Positions 25,912 to 37,515 of a stretch of 64,000 nt of DNA are shown one piece after another. A program made the translations under genes and the position numbers. The notes under the pieces were generated by a model. The model had not been told where the DNA came from. It did not search any database and worked only from the letters and a program-made list of their open reading frames with translations. How positions within the stretch are numbered: position 1 is the first letter of the stretch; every line of letters starts with the position of its first letter. The DNA is from Fimicolochytrium jonesii. Its lineage: Eukaryota. Location: positions 744,001-808,000 of the forward strand of contig NW_026515668.1 in NCBI RefSeq assembly GCF_025526975.1, given 5' to 3'.

Positions 25912-25950
25912 GAAATTCTACCAAGTGCGGGTAAACGGCGGGAGTAACTA
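25912..25950 (+). other. 39-nt fragment of the LSU (28S) rRNA H68-H69 region; not an rRNA gene
   Basis: GAAATTCTACCAAGTGCGGGTAAACGGCGGGAGTAACTA matches the conserved eukaryotic LSU sequence GAAATTCAACCAAGCGCGGGTAAACGGCGGGAGTAACTA (recalled) at 37/39. Confidence 0.88.
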
Positions 25951-26420
25951 CATACAGAGTCCATTCGGCAGCGTTGTTAGGTTGAGGATTGTTTTGAGGG
26001 GGGTGGGGTGAGGGGTGTTGGGTAAGCGGAGGGAGAGTAGATGTTGATGACGCCGGTGTCGGAGCTGGGGGGTGGGGGGAATCGGGTTAGGTGTGTGCGA
26101 GAAGGGGTTTGATGGGGATGAACTCGTTACCCTGTGGCGATCAAGTCGGTGCTGTAATATGTTTGTCAGAAAGTAAGGCGACGCATAGAAATCACGCCGT
26201 CACATGTCCTGTGGTCCTGTTGGCTCAGCCCTTGGCTCTCACAACAAGCTCAAAACCCAACAGAACTTCCAGCTGCCGAGCTGCCCAGGATACATTTACT
26301 CCCATTTAGACATCCGTACCTTGGCGCATCTCAAGACAACGACGCAAAGCAGCAACTGGTTGGTTATTAAGGACTGTGCAGCGACCAGCCCTTTGAGAAC
26401 AAAGCTATTACCTCCGCCAG

Positions 26421-28186
26421 ATGCCTTCACCTCCGAAGCCTTGGGAAGTTTCTGGAGCCGCAGGAGGGGCAGGTCCAGTTCCAACCGCAACAACAACGAG
26501 CGCTGCGCCGGCGAGTGCAGCACAGTCAGGACAAACAACGGCTTCCACTGCTGGTCCACCTCCTGTACCAACGCGACCGGACTCCGCTTCTGTAGCTTCC
26601 GCTGGTAAGTTGCACTCCTAGCGGAATTGCGCCTCAAGTATTGTGATTGACGATGCTGTTTTCCTGTAGGATATTCTTCGACCATGTCTGGTTACAATAG
26701 CGGGTATGGCGCTAGCCCATACGGAAGCCAGATGGCCAGTCAATACGGAACGCAGTATGGGGCAGGTTATGGGTCAACACTGTCGCCTTACGCCTCCCGC
26801 TACGGCGCAGGTTCAACATACGGAGGATACGGGTCGACCTATGGAAGTACATACGGAGGTGGATACGGAGCAGGAGGATACGGGGGCGTCGGGGGCTATT
26901 CGAGATATGGGGGCACAGGCTACGGGACTATGCCGTACAATCGATTCGGCGGAGGTCCGCCTTATGGACCAGGCGGGCCCGGGGACATGCCCCTATCCGC
27001 GCAACTCGAGCAATCCACGCAGGCCACGTTCAATACCCTCGACTCGATCGTGCAGGCATTTGCTGGGTTCGCACAGATGCTGGAGTCGACGTTCATGGCC
27101 ACACACTCGAGCTTCATGGCCATGGTCGGGGTGGCTGAGCAGTTCGGGAACTTGAAATCGTACTTGGGCCAGCTATTCTCCGTGATGTCGCTGTACAGAC
27201 TCGCAAAGAGGATATACTGCAAGCTCACGGGCAGAGCGCCGCCCGTGGACGTGGCATCGTTGAACGCGGATTCGTTCAAGGATTTCCAGGAGGGGAAAGA
27301 TGGGAAGAAGCGAAGCAAGAAACCTCTTTGGGTGTTCCTCCTGTTCACCATCGGGATTCCTTACGCAATTTCGAAGCTCTTCCAGCGTCTGCAAAAGCAG
27401 CGATTGGAAGCGGCTGCCAACGCTCCCGAGGGGGCCCTCCCACTGGTCGGCCCCGATGGAAACCGTCTAGGCCCGCAAGAAATCCGAAACCTCGATTTTG
27501 GCCGCGTCCTCTACGACTTCAATGCCGAGAACCCCGGTGAATTGTCCCTGCCGAAGGGGGAGATTGTTGCAATCTTGAGCAAAATCGACCCAGCCACAGG
27601 CCAGCCGGGACTGTGGTGGCGAGGCCGCTTGCAGGCGGGGCAGATGGGGATGTTCCCTGCCAATTATGTCGAGTTGATACCCAAGAAATTCCCCGTAAAT
27701 GATGCGGAGATACTGCAACCCATGAGGGAAGCGCCGCAACCGCCGACTTCATTTACTGGTCTTGGGGCTACCAACCTCGCTGCCCCAACGACGGTACCAA
27801 CCGTATCACAGCTAGCTGATCCCGCGCAGCCGGCACACATTCCGCCTCAGACAACCACCATACCAGCACAAACACCACAAGCCATACCCAGCCAACCGCG
27901 ACCCGCCACCCCATCGTCAACCGTCTCCACACCATCACAACAGCTCGCACCACCAAAACTTCCCCCACCAGCGAAATCCACTGCGCCCAAAAAGCCATGG
28001 GAGATAGCAGCATCAACCCCGCCGACTTTCAAGCCGCCATCTTCCATGGGCAACGGTTCCCTAGCACCAGCGACACCCGCCGCGGCGGCTCCGCCGGGCC
28101 CAAAATCGGACCCGCTGCCGTTTGACCCGGCGGAAATCAACGAAGGACCTGAGAATACGCGCTTTGGACCGTCGCTTGTGACTTGA
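26421..28186 (+). CDS. PEX13: Peroxisomal membrane protein PEX13, 2 exons
   Basis: N-terminal MPSPPKPWE and YG-rich region. STQATF..LDSIVQAFAGFAQMLESTFMATHSSF. TM segment, then SH3 (LYDF...WWRGR...GMFPANYV). Intron ~26606-26670. Confidence 0.96.
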
Positions 28187-28589
28187 CGAGGGTATGCTTG
28201 AAATTTTTGTTAGTCTGCAACCTTGGTGGTCTTCTATTCTCCCCGTCACTTGGCAAGTGCGCCATATTTTGCGCTTGTCTGCCTGCATAGTAGCATTCAC
28301 GTGTATTCACAACCTCATCCATCGAGATGAGGTGGAAATTTTGGTCTTCAGATAGGGTTCCGTAGCATATCGCCAGATCCCTTTGACCCTCTTGGGTCCA
28401 ACGTTGCGAATATGTTCCTGGCATCATTTGGCTTTGTATTGAGTAGAGAAAAATACACCACTCTCGTCTTATTTACCCACAACGACCGATTTGCGCACGC
28501 TGCCCATTGCGTCGAGTACATCTTGTTTTGAGATCTGAGAGAACGGCACGGGCGATCAATTAGTTCCGGGGCCTGATGGGTTCCAGTAA

Positions 28590-31500
28590 TGATCATGTCA
28601 GGAATCTCACCTGCTGACTGTCCAGGTCGATTCGAAGCCTTCTTAAGGCGGCTTCGCGGCATATGCTTTCGATATCGCCACCTGTGAAGGGCAGGGGGAC
28701 ACGCAATGAGGCCAGTTGGTCAAAGACATGATTGGTGGTCCACTGCTGAAGTCCTGTTGGTTTCCCGTACCTGTGTATCCCTCCGAGATCCGCGACAGCT
28801 CATCCACGTCCTCCTCCGTCAACGTATTGGGCATCGTAGCCAAAAACCCGCTGTAAACCTCTCTCCGCGCCTGGATCGCCCCCACAAAAATGATCAGTTT
28901 CCCGAATCCAAAGCAAAAGCAAAATGCACCTTTAGCACAACTCACCTCCAACCCCGGGGGCCCCACATGTATATGCTCATCAAGCCGGCCCGGGCGCAAG
29001 ATGGCCGGGTCTACGATCTCCGGTCGGTTTGTGACTGCATAGCAAAGACCGGTGAGATGTTGGGTGTATAGAACGACGATGGGAATAGTACGGACCTGCG
29101 ACGATAAAGATTGTGTCGTTGTATCCACCCGCGGAGGATTTGGAAAGGACTCCGTCCATTTCTGAGGTTAGGTGATTGAGTGAGACAGAGTCTCAGAAAG
29201 AACAGGTAGTGCAGGTGGAGCACTTGGCGAGCAATAAACACCAGACGCAAACCCACCGACTAAGAAACAAGTAACGATCCGCTCTCCCGTATTTTCGCTC
29301 GTCGAGTCCATTCCTCTTCGAGGCACCAGCATATCGATCTAATGACGCATGTCCTTGTTAGTATCGACAGTCCCATGCAAACTTTCTCGCAACTGAAAGC
29401 GTTTCACACATACCTGATCAATCAACAAAATACAAGGAGCGTTCGCCCGAGCCTGGGCAAAGATCCTCGCAATGTTGGCTTCGGACTCGCCGATCACTTT
29501 GGAGCGGATTTTGGGGCCCTACAAGCGTCAAGCAATATCATGAATTAGTACAAAATCAATCGAACGCGGCAAAAACATAGCGAAGCCTACATCAACATGA
29601 ACACAATTAAACCCAGCCTCATGAACAAGCGCATAGCTGAGCACGCTCTTCCCCACGCCCGGCGGTCCATGTAAGAGGACGCCTTTTGGCGGGTTGATGC
29701 CCATTGCTGCATAGCTCTCCAGGTGCGTGAAGGGTTGTAGAATGGAGTTCTGTGGAAAACATGATATGTATCAAGGTAAATCACCAGCATTACTGTTGCA
29801 GTGATACGTCCCAGCCACCGACCTGTATCCGTTTGATGACTTCGCCCATGCCGTACAAGTCAGTGAACGCCCGTTTGGGTACCTAGAACGAAAAGGAATC
29901 AGTGATCTTCTTGCGCGGGAGTGGGAAGACACATGTCGTGCAAACATACTCGAGAACTCAGTTCCTGGAAACTAGCCGGTTTGACCAGCTCCAACGCCCT
30001 GAGGAAGTCTTCCAGTGCGAGAGTGTCTGTGCTGGGGTTCTACATTTTCATGATGAGCACAGTTTGAGGGAACAACGTAGGAATCGATCAACTCACACGC
30101 TGCTGCCACACGAATACGGTCGTATGGCATAAACTCTGCAAGTCGGCGCCTACGAAGCCGTGCGTGACGTCGCTGATTGCTTCTAGGATCTCCGTCTTGT
30201 TGGTTGGTGAGAGCGGCAGTGCTTTGCAGATGGTCATCGAGCTTGAGACAAAAGGTGAAGAAGGAGAGGCGGCAGCACAGGGGGTGAATACCTTCGCATA
30301 ACTTCTGAAGGATGCTGAATCTTTGTCGTGCGTTGATCACGTCAAGCTCGAGAGCATTATTCAATCTTCCTGATCGCAGTAATGACGGATTGATGGTGTG
30401 GAGGCGGTTGGTTAAACCTGTTCGATGCCATGAAGGGTTACCCAATGTGTAGGCGATGGCGGAGAGAAATGCCCGCTTCTCTCTACTTGCATATGACAAA
30501 TACTCCTCCAGCTGAGGGCGTCGAGGTGACGTCGCTGTTTGCCGTAGAGTCTGGCGGTTGCTGTTGTGGTGGGTTGTTTCTTGCATCGAGAATGCTCATA
30601 AAGATGGGAAGAATTTTCGCAGCCATCCCTGCAAGTCCATGTTTAGAAGGGTATCCTGCATCACCCCTCACATCTCGGTTCCAACTAACCCTTACTGCTC
30701 TCCGATTTGCCGGCCTTCGACCCAATGGCATCAATATCGTCCAGTATGAGCACAACAAGAACACCAGGGTTATTGTCAAAGAGGTCATGAAAGTACACCT
30801 CAGCGTCTCCTTCGCCTGATTGAGGGGCATCAGCAACGTTGTTGTTTTGATATTGTATTGTAGTAAAAAAACTATAACACATACTGAACTGGAATAGGTC
30901 CGCACAATTTATGTACTTGTAGGGTAAACCAGATCGTTCTACGCACGGCAATGGTTGTAGATGCTCAACCTTATAGAACTGCGAGCACTCATGACTCTCA
31001 CAACAATAACCACCGCACATACCAGCAAGCATCTTGGACAACAATGTCTTTCCCACGCCTGGTTTTCCATGAATAATGACGCCCGACGTACGCTTGTGTT
31101 TGAGATTGCGATATCCGACTGCCGTGAGGCTATCCACGTATCCATAGAAATTATCGATAAGTCGGCGAGACACTTTCTCCGTCCCTGGAACTTCTTTCAC
31201 AATTTCTTCCACCCAAGTCTCCCGAGGTCGTAGACCTGATCTAAGCTCCTCTATTGTGAATGTTGGCGGCTTGACGACGAACACCGTGTTTTGATCAACC
31301 ATTCCCACGTCCACATCGCAGCTCTCTTGCTTGCCATAGCCCTCAACTCGAAGAACGGAATACGCCGACTCTGCTACCAAAAGGGTGCCCAGCTGCTGTC
31401 CGACTGTCACGTAGTTTCCCAAGGCAGCCTGTCGGAGAACGGCTCCACTGCTTGCAGTATGCCGCACGTCCCATGTTCGGCCTGAGCCCTTTCCCTGCGC

Positions 31501-31932
31501 AACTCCCAGCTTGATTGGAACCAGTGCCATATGGACGGTTTTAGCTCGTGGGACCGCTGTCGCCTTTTGTTCGTACAGATCAGAGAACAAACTCCCACGA
31601 TAACCAGTATCGAGACGGCGAACACTCACCAGGAACACGTCGTTCACAATGACAGTGTCACCTTCCTTGCAATTCAAGGAGCGAGCTACCGAAGCAGTTA
31701 GTGCGCATGACAAGCCGTCCTGCTCCGGCCCTAGCCTTAAAGTGACATCTGCCGCCTGCGAGAGACTTCCGACCCTGATCTTCGCCGCCGTTCTGGTCAG
31801 AGGAGACACTTGCTGTTGCACGTTTGCGCAAGAACCCGACTTGAAACGCTTTCCCTGAAAGGTAGCACTGCGCGAGAGCCATATGACATGGTCCCTGCAG
31901 TCTGGGAGGACCCGCTCGACGACGACCTCCAT
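28590..31932 (-). CDS. CDC48/AFG2-family double-AAA ATPase (SPATA5/SPATA5L1-like), many introns
   Basis: Two Walker A motifs (GKPGVGKT, GPPGVGKS), Walker B ILDDID, and second regions of homology TNRLHTINPSLLRSGRL and TNRPEIVDPAILRPGRLD. 3' end approximate. Confidence 0.82.
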
Positions 31933-32423
31933 CCTGGGTGATGAGTGTTTCGTGGTAGCCGTTCCAACCTCTCCGATCCAGAACTCAAGAGGTTCTCAAA
32001 CCTCGCTCCCACGGCGCGTGCAAACTTTCTGTGCAAGCGGCCGATCATCAAACCGAGTCACTGGGGCTTCTCGTGTCGCGAAAGCGCTTCAATCGCAACG
32101 CTTTCATCAGGAACGGCGAGAGTTTCCATTCCCGCGCACCATTCGGCCTGAATCGTCGGATAGCACTGCATACAGTACAGTCCCCGCTTTCGGTCGCAAC
32201 AGCGTCTCGTGTCAGTGCTTGCTCAACGCTAGCTCCAGTGTACAGAAACGACTTGAAAGTCTCGATCTATCGTCGCCTCGCGTTCACCCTCATCTCAAGT
32301 TTTCGAACTAGGCGGTGCGCCATCGTCCCCGCATTTACTCTTGGCAACGCAACGGCCCTCTGACGACAACGAGCCCATCTGGAGGCCACTGCTCCCTATC
32401 CTGAGCTATTTATCCAGCCTTCC

Positions 32424-34497
32424 ATGAACAAGTCGCTGAATTCAGGGGATGCTGCCCCAGAAGGGGCGGCGGAGACTAGGAACTCTGTCCTGGGAATTGA
32501 TGTAAGTTTTCGTCAGTTAATTGGGCCAGACGCGGAACCTCGTGGCTCACTTCGCTCGTTTAGGGTCGGAACAAGATACAGTATCCATTCTCAGACGCTG
32601 AAGAGTCCACAGATGAGCTTGGTCCGGCGCGCAGGCAGGGCGAGCGCGTGGGGAACGAAGAAGCTGACTATTCGCCTCGCTTGCGCCCAACGGAAGACGC
32701 CGAGGATTCGGAAGGGGTGGAGCCAGTGCAGCTCGGAGAAGCGGAGAAGACTATGAAGAATGAGCAGGTGATAATGTCTGGATACCTTTACAAGAAAGGC
32801 GAGAAGCGAAGGGTAAGGCAGATTGCGGAATTTGTCTTACGCATCAACAGAACTGATGACATGAATTGATTTTTCATCTCACAGACATGGAAGAACCGAT
32901 GGTTTGTCCTGAGACCCTCGCGTCTTGCTTACTATCATAGTGAAAAGGTAACTCATTGCGATGCAGCGCGCTCCCGAAATCTCTCAAAGCTTAAGATTTG
33001 GTCACTGCAGGAATATGAGCTGCTCAAGATCATCGACTTGCATGACATACATGCCATTGCTGAAGTAGAGCTCAAGAAACGCTCCAACGTCTTTGGCATC
33101 GTCACCCGTGGACGAACATTCTATGTGCAGGCGGAAACGACGGAAAGCATGCAAGACTGGATGCGGGCGATAGGATCCGCCCATCATCGCATCACTTCGA
33201 CTGCAGACTCAAATACATCAGGGCAAGAAAGACTTTCGTCCACACGTCGATCGTCACATGCCCAATCTGGCGGGTTATCTCCAACCAATGGTCCTCCCGC
33301 ACCACAACGGAGAACGTCGAATAATCAAATCCCATCGACGAAGGAGGGTGATGTGGGAAGTCCACCGACCGACACCGTCGAGCCAATACATACTAAGGCT
33401 GGCGCAGCTGCGTCGTCAGCAAACACAGAATCAACACAGCAAGCCGCAGGCCCTTTATCAAACGAAGATTCGGGCCATCAGGCAGTTAGTAACATCCAGT
33501 CCCATGGAAAACCTCAATCTTCAGATTCTCTCCAGCGAGCTCACCGGGATACATCATCGCAGACATCCAATCCCGAGTCCGTGCAGACAGCGGACTCCTT
33601 CCAAACGAACACCACCACGCCATCCTCAGTCTTCACCGATCTGGCTCACTCGTCCATCGGAACCCCCGAGACAATCCTGCACGCTCATTCCTCTGCAAGC
33701 TTCGGCGCCCCTGGTGCGCAACCATTAAGGTCCGTCCCGGGCAGACTCGGCAATGGCTCAGCCCCCACCATGGGCATAACACATACCCCTCCCCTCCTAT
33801 TGGACACCTCCACCACCTGCGCCACCGCCCCTCACCACCCCAACGTCTCCTTCGCCGTCGACCGTTCAAGTCGAGCCAACTCCGCCGCGTCCACTCCCGC
33901 ATACGCAAACCCACAAGGAGACAACACATCCAGCAGCGACGACGAAGACGGACAACGAACGCAGGAAGAGCTTGAAGCGGCGGGGATCGGTGGTGGACCT
34001 ATGAACGACAACAAGGTGATTGTGCAAGGATACCTCGAGAAACGGGTGAGCAACAACTATAAAAAACTGGCGACGCACAAGAAATGGAAGAAGAGGTGGT
34101 TTGTGCTCAGGAATGGACGGTTGTTTGGGTATAAGAATGACGGGGTATGTATTGTCGGTGTCGCCCATTCCCTATGATACGAAATGAAACTCATTCAATT
34201 TACGTTTCAAAGGAATACGTCGTAAAACGCCTGATACCACTACGCTCCGTCGTCGACGTCCTGGAAATCGACCCACAGGGCAAACACCATCTTCACTGTT
34301 TCAAGATCGTCCTGCCCAAACGACAGCTCGTGCTGTGCGCGTCATCCGAGTCCGAATTACGGACGTGGATCGAGGGGTTGCAGGCTGTGCACGCTGCGCT
34401 GAGGAAGGCGCAGGTGCATACGCCGACGGCTTCGATGACCCAGCAGCAGCATGCACATGTGCAGGTCCAGGTTGAGCAGGTGCAGAGTACTGCGTGA
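32424..34497 (+). CDS. Tandem PH-domain protein (Opy1-like)
   Basis: PH1 MSGYLYKKGEKRR|TWKNRWFVLR...FGIVTRGRTFYVQA..WM. PH2 QGYLEKR..KWKKRWFVLRNG..CFKIVLPKRQLVLCA..W. About 5 exons. Confidence 0.88.
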
Positions 34498-34918
34498 TGC
34501 AGGATCTCTCTCGTCTGCATATGCGCCTCAATCTACAGCCTTCCGGAACCTTGTACATATCATAGTAGGCTGCTCTTACCCATCACAAAAGTCGTACATT
34601 CTCAAAGCAAGCCAGGAAAATCAGCTTTTGGGGAAAGCGGCTCTATTGGTTACATACGTGTATCTGACATGACAGAAGAGTCTCTAAAAGACGATGCATT
34701 TTCATTATATGAGATACCTATACTACTACTATTTAAGGCGGGATTAGCTCAATGAGCGACAGTGAGATGGGAATAAAATTAGGTGTATGCGTTTCTAGGG
34801 GGTTTCTTCGACTAACGTTGGAAAGGGGGTTCACGGCCTATGTGGCATTCAGAGCGGAAGTAGAGATTCCAAAGTGTCCACGATGTTGACAGCAAGAAAG
34901 CAGAAGGCAAGAGTCCAA

Positions 34919-36766
34919 TCAGACGAGCTTCTTGCTCTCCAACATGACGGCCACAGGGGACTCGTCCGCGACGCTGCGAGGCACTTCAATCAACGGCGCA
35001 TCAGCGGTAGCCGTGATAGCAGCCACCGGCGTCTTCTGAACCTTGACGCCATGCTCCGCGTCAACCTCCTCCACCAGGGCCAGAATGATCTTCTCAAACT
35101 GCCTCGCAACGTCCTTCGCAGCGCCCTTCGCAAACACACGGCCCTCCTCGGTCTTGAGCACATCGCCCTCGTGCAGGTCCATGACGACGGAGAGGGTAAC
35201 GGCGCCGTTGTAGGTGTAAGCGGCGCAGGATACGGTGTTGGCGTTGGCTTGCGGGATGAAGGCGACGGTGGATTGGATCGGGTGGCCGGCCCAGCGGAGG
35301 GTTGTGTTGGGGCCGGGAACGTTGGTCAGTACGCCGTGGAGTTTTGTGGTGGTGAAGAGGGTGAGCTTAGGGACGGAGTTGGGGAAGGCGTAGCCGGGGC
35401 CTTGGGCTAGGTAGTGCACGAGAGCTTCCGGGCTCTGTTTGCCCTTCGACATGAGGGAGTTGACCTTCTTGATGCGCTCGCGAATGTCCTTGACTTTGTT
35501 GGGCACTCCAAGCACGTATCCGGAGGACCTGAGAGGAGCGTTACGAATAAGAATCTTCCCCAAGAGAACGAGAAATGAGATCATGAAAGCTCACCTGTTG
35601 CTAGCGGACGTGTCAGCCGGGTGACGCATGGACGTAGGGATCAACAACCAAATAGCGTCGTCGCCCTTGTCATGCTTAGCAGGCGACAAGACCGACTTGG
35701 CGTGCGCGTCCAGAGCAGCGACAACACAAGCAGTCAGCACATCGTTTACAGAGACACCGAGAGCGTTCTTAATCTTCTTCACGTCGTCAAGGCTGGAGTT
35801 AATGGTAGTCCACGCAACTTGCTTGCGACTGGTCTTGTGGTTGCCGACAGTGTATAGCTTACGTCGGCTGATGAGGAATCGGGTGATGTTGGCGAGGTAC
35901 ATGTACAGACCGACCAGGAATGTGAAGAGGGCGACGTAAAAGCCGGTGAAGTGAGCAACGGCACCGTGAGCGGGGCTGTGCTTCCTGGCGGGCGCCGTGC
36001 ATCCGTTGACAGCGACCGCCTTGCCATCAGGCGAAGGGGTGGACGACCGGCTGGGCTCCGGAGTAGACCGGCCGCTGGCGTGTCCTGCGCTGTATTGCAG
36101 GGAGGAGATGTCCTTGATTGTTGGGTCGAGGCTCGCAACGTGAGAGATCAGGGCGCGGACGAATCCTTGTCCATCGCCAATAGCGTGGTGGGCTGTCCAC
36201 AGAAGCGCCTTCTTTCCGTCCTTCAAATTGTTGAACCAGAACGCATGCCATAATGGCTTGCTGGTGTCCAAAAGGGTTGTGTGCAAAGGAGCCACTGCTT
36301 CCATGAATTCGTCATCACCTCCTGGAGCGGCCTGGAGGAAAAGAATGCGTATTTGGTCACTATGATGAATCAACGATGCACGGAAACCATCGATCAAACC
36401 GATCTAGAACGGAAAACTTACCACTTCGATAACGGTGAAATGATCTTCCAAGTCGTAATCCTCAGCAACCTCCCAGTAGGGCCTGGCAAACACTCCGGCA
36501 GGACGCACGAGTCTCTGCCTGCACCTGAGCGTATTGTCCACAAAGCTGGCAATATGACCTTTCATGTCCTGCTCCGTTATCTCCGGACCAAAGGTATACA
36601 AGCCCGACACGTTCATGGGTCGGATTTCGTCCTCGACAAAGAGGAAGATGTTGTCGTGACCCGAGAGGTACTCACGGGTCTGGCTTCCGTTGACCGCGGT
36701 GGTCAATTTCTGGGCAGCCTTCTCGGCGACTTCACGGCCGGTGGTGAGGGTTGTTGATACAGGCAT
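34919..36766 (-). CDS. Wax ester synthase/diacylglycerol acyltransferase (WS/DGAT) family
   Basis: Catalytic HHAIGDG, SKPLW, GVSVNDVL, IPTSMR and LTNVPGP. 3 exons. Confidence 0.9.
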
Positions 36767-37515
36767 GGTGCTTGTGGGTATTCTGGATTCTGAAAATCAA
36801 ACTGTGAAAGAGGACGGTGGAAGAGACTTCCCTCAGTTTATGTAGTGTGCGCAAAGCGTTCAGCGGCTGAACGGCACAAAGGTGCTGATAGGATAGGTTT
36901 TGTAATGCGGACAATGGCGGGGTTTTGGACTCCTGAGGTCATGGCCTTCGCGAACGGTATGAGTTGAGCCACGGTGGCACGCCAGACGGTTTGCTTGAAC
37001 TTCACCGCGGAAGCCGAAATTACACGAAGAAATTTCGCTTTGGCTGCTCGGCAGGCGCGTGGGAATTTGAACAACCGGCGAAGGGAGACAAGCCTTTGCA
37101 GGCTCCGCTACCCTCCGCGGGTAATTCATTCAGATGTCTGACGGACAGAGCCAAGCCAAGGTCAGGATTGCATGCAGTGGTACTGTACAGTATACTAGCG
37201 GTCGATGTCTTTACCAAGTCAACTTCATCCTTTAAACGCGTCAAACTGTCATCAACGCTTTTCTTCTACGCGATACCTGCTTTAGCAACGGCTTGAAAAG
37301 GATTATTTTCTCAGCAAATGAAATACACAAGCTTTCCGAGAACATGATGGGTTACGTGTAAAGGTAAAAACAGTAATACTGATTCAGTGAAATGGGGGTA
37401 AGCCGCTGCCATTGAATCATGGCCTCAACTGAGATGTCGCCAACAGGCGATTCGCTCAGACTTGCGCTCTGCCTCTCCGACATCCAAACATTCGGATGCG
37501 CTTTCAGTGCTTGTT

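Noticed and set aside
25912..25950. Functional rRNA gene
   Set aside because: Only 39 nt match; the flanks are not rDNA.
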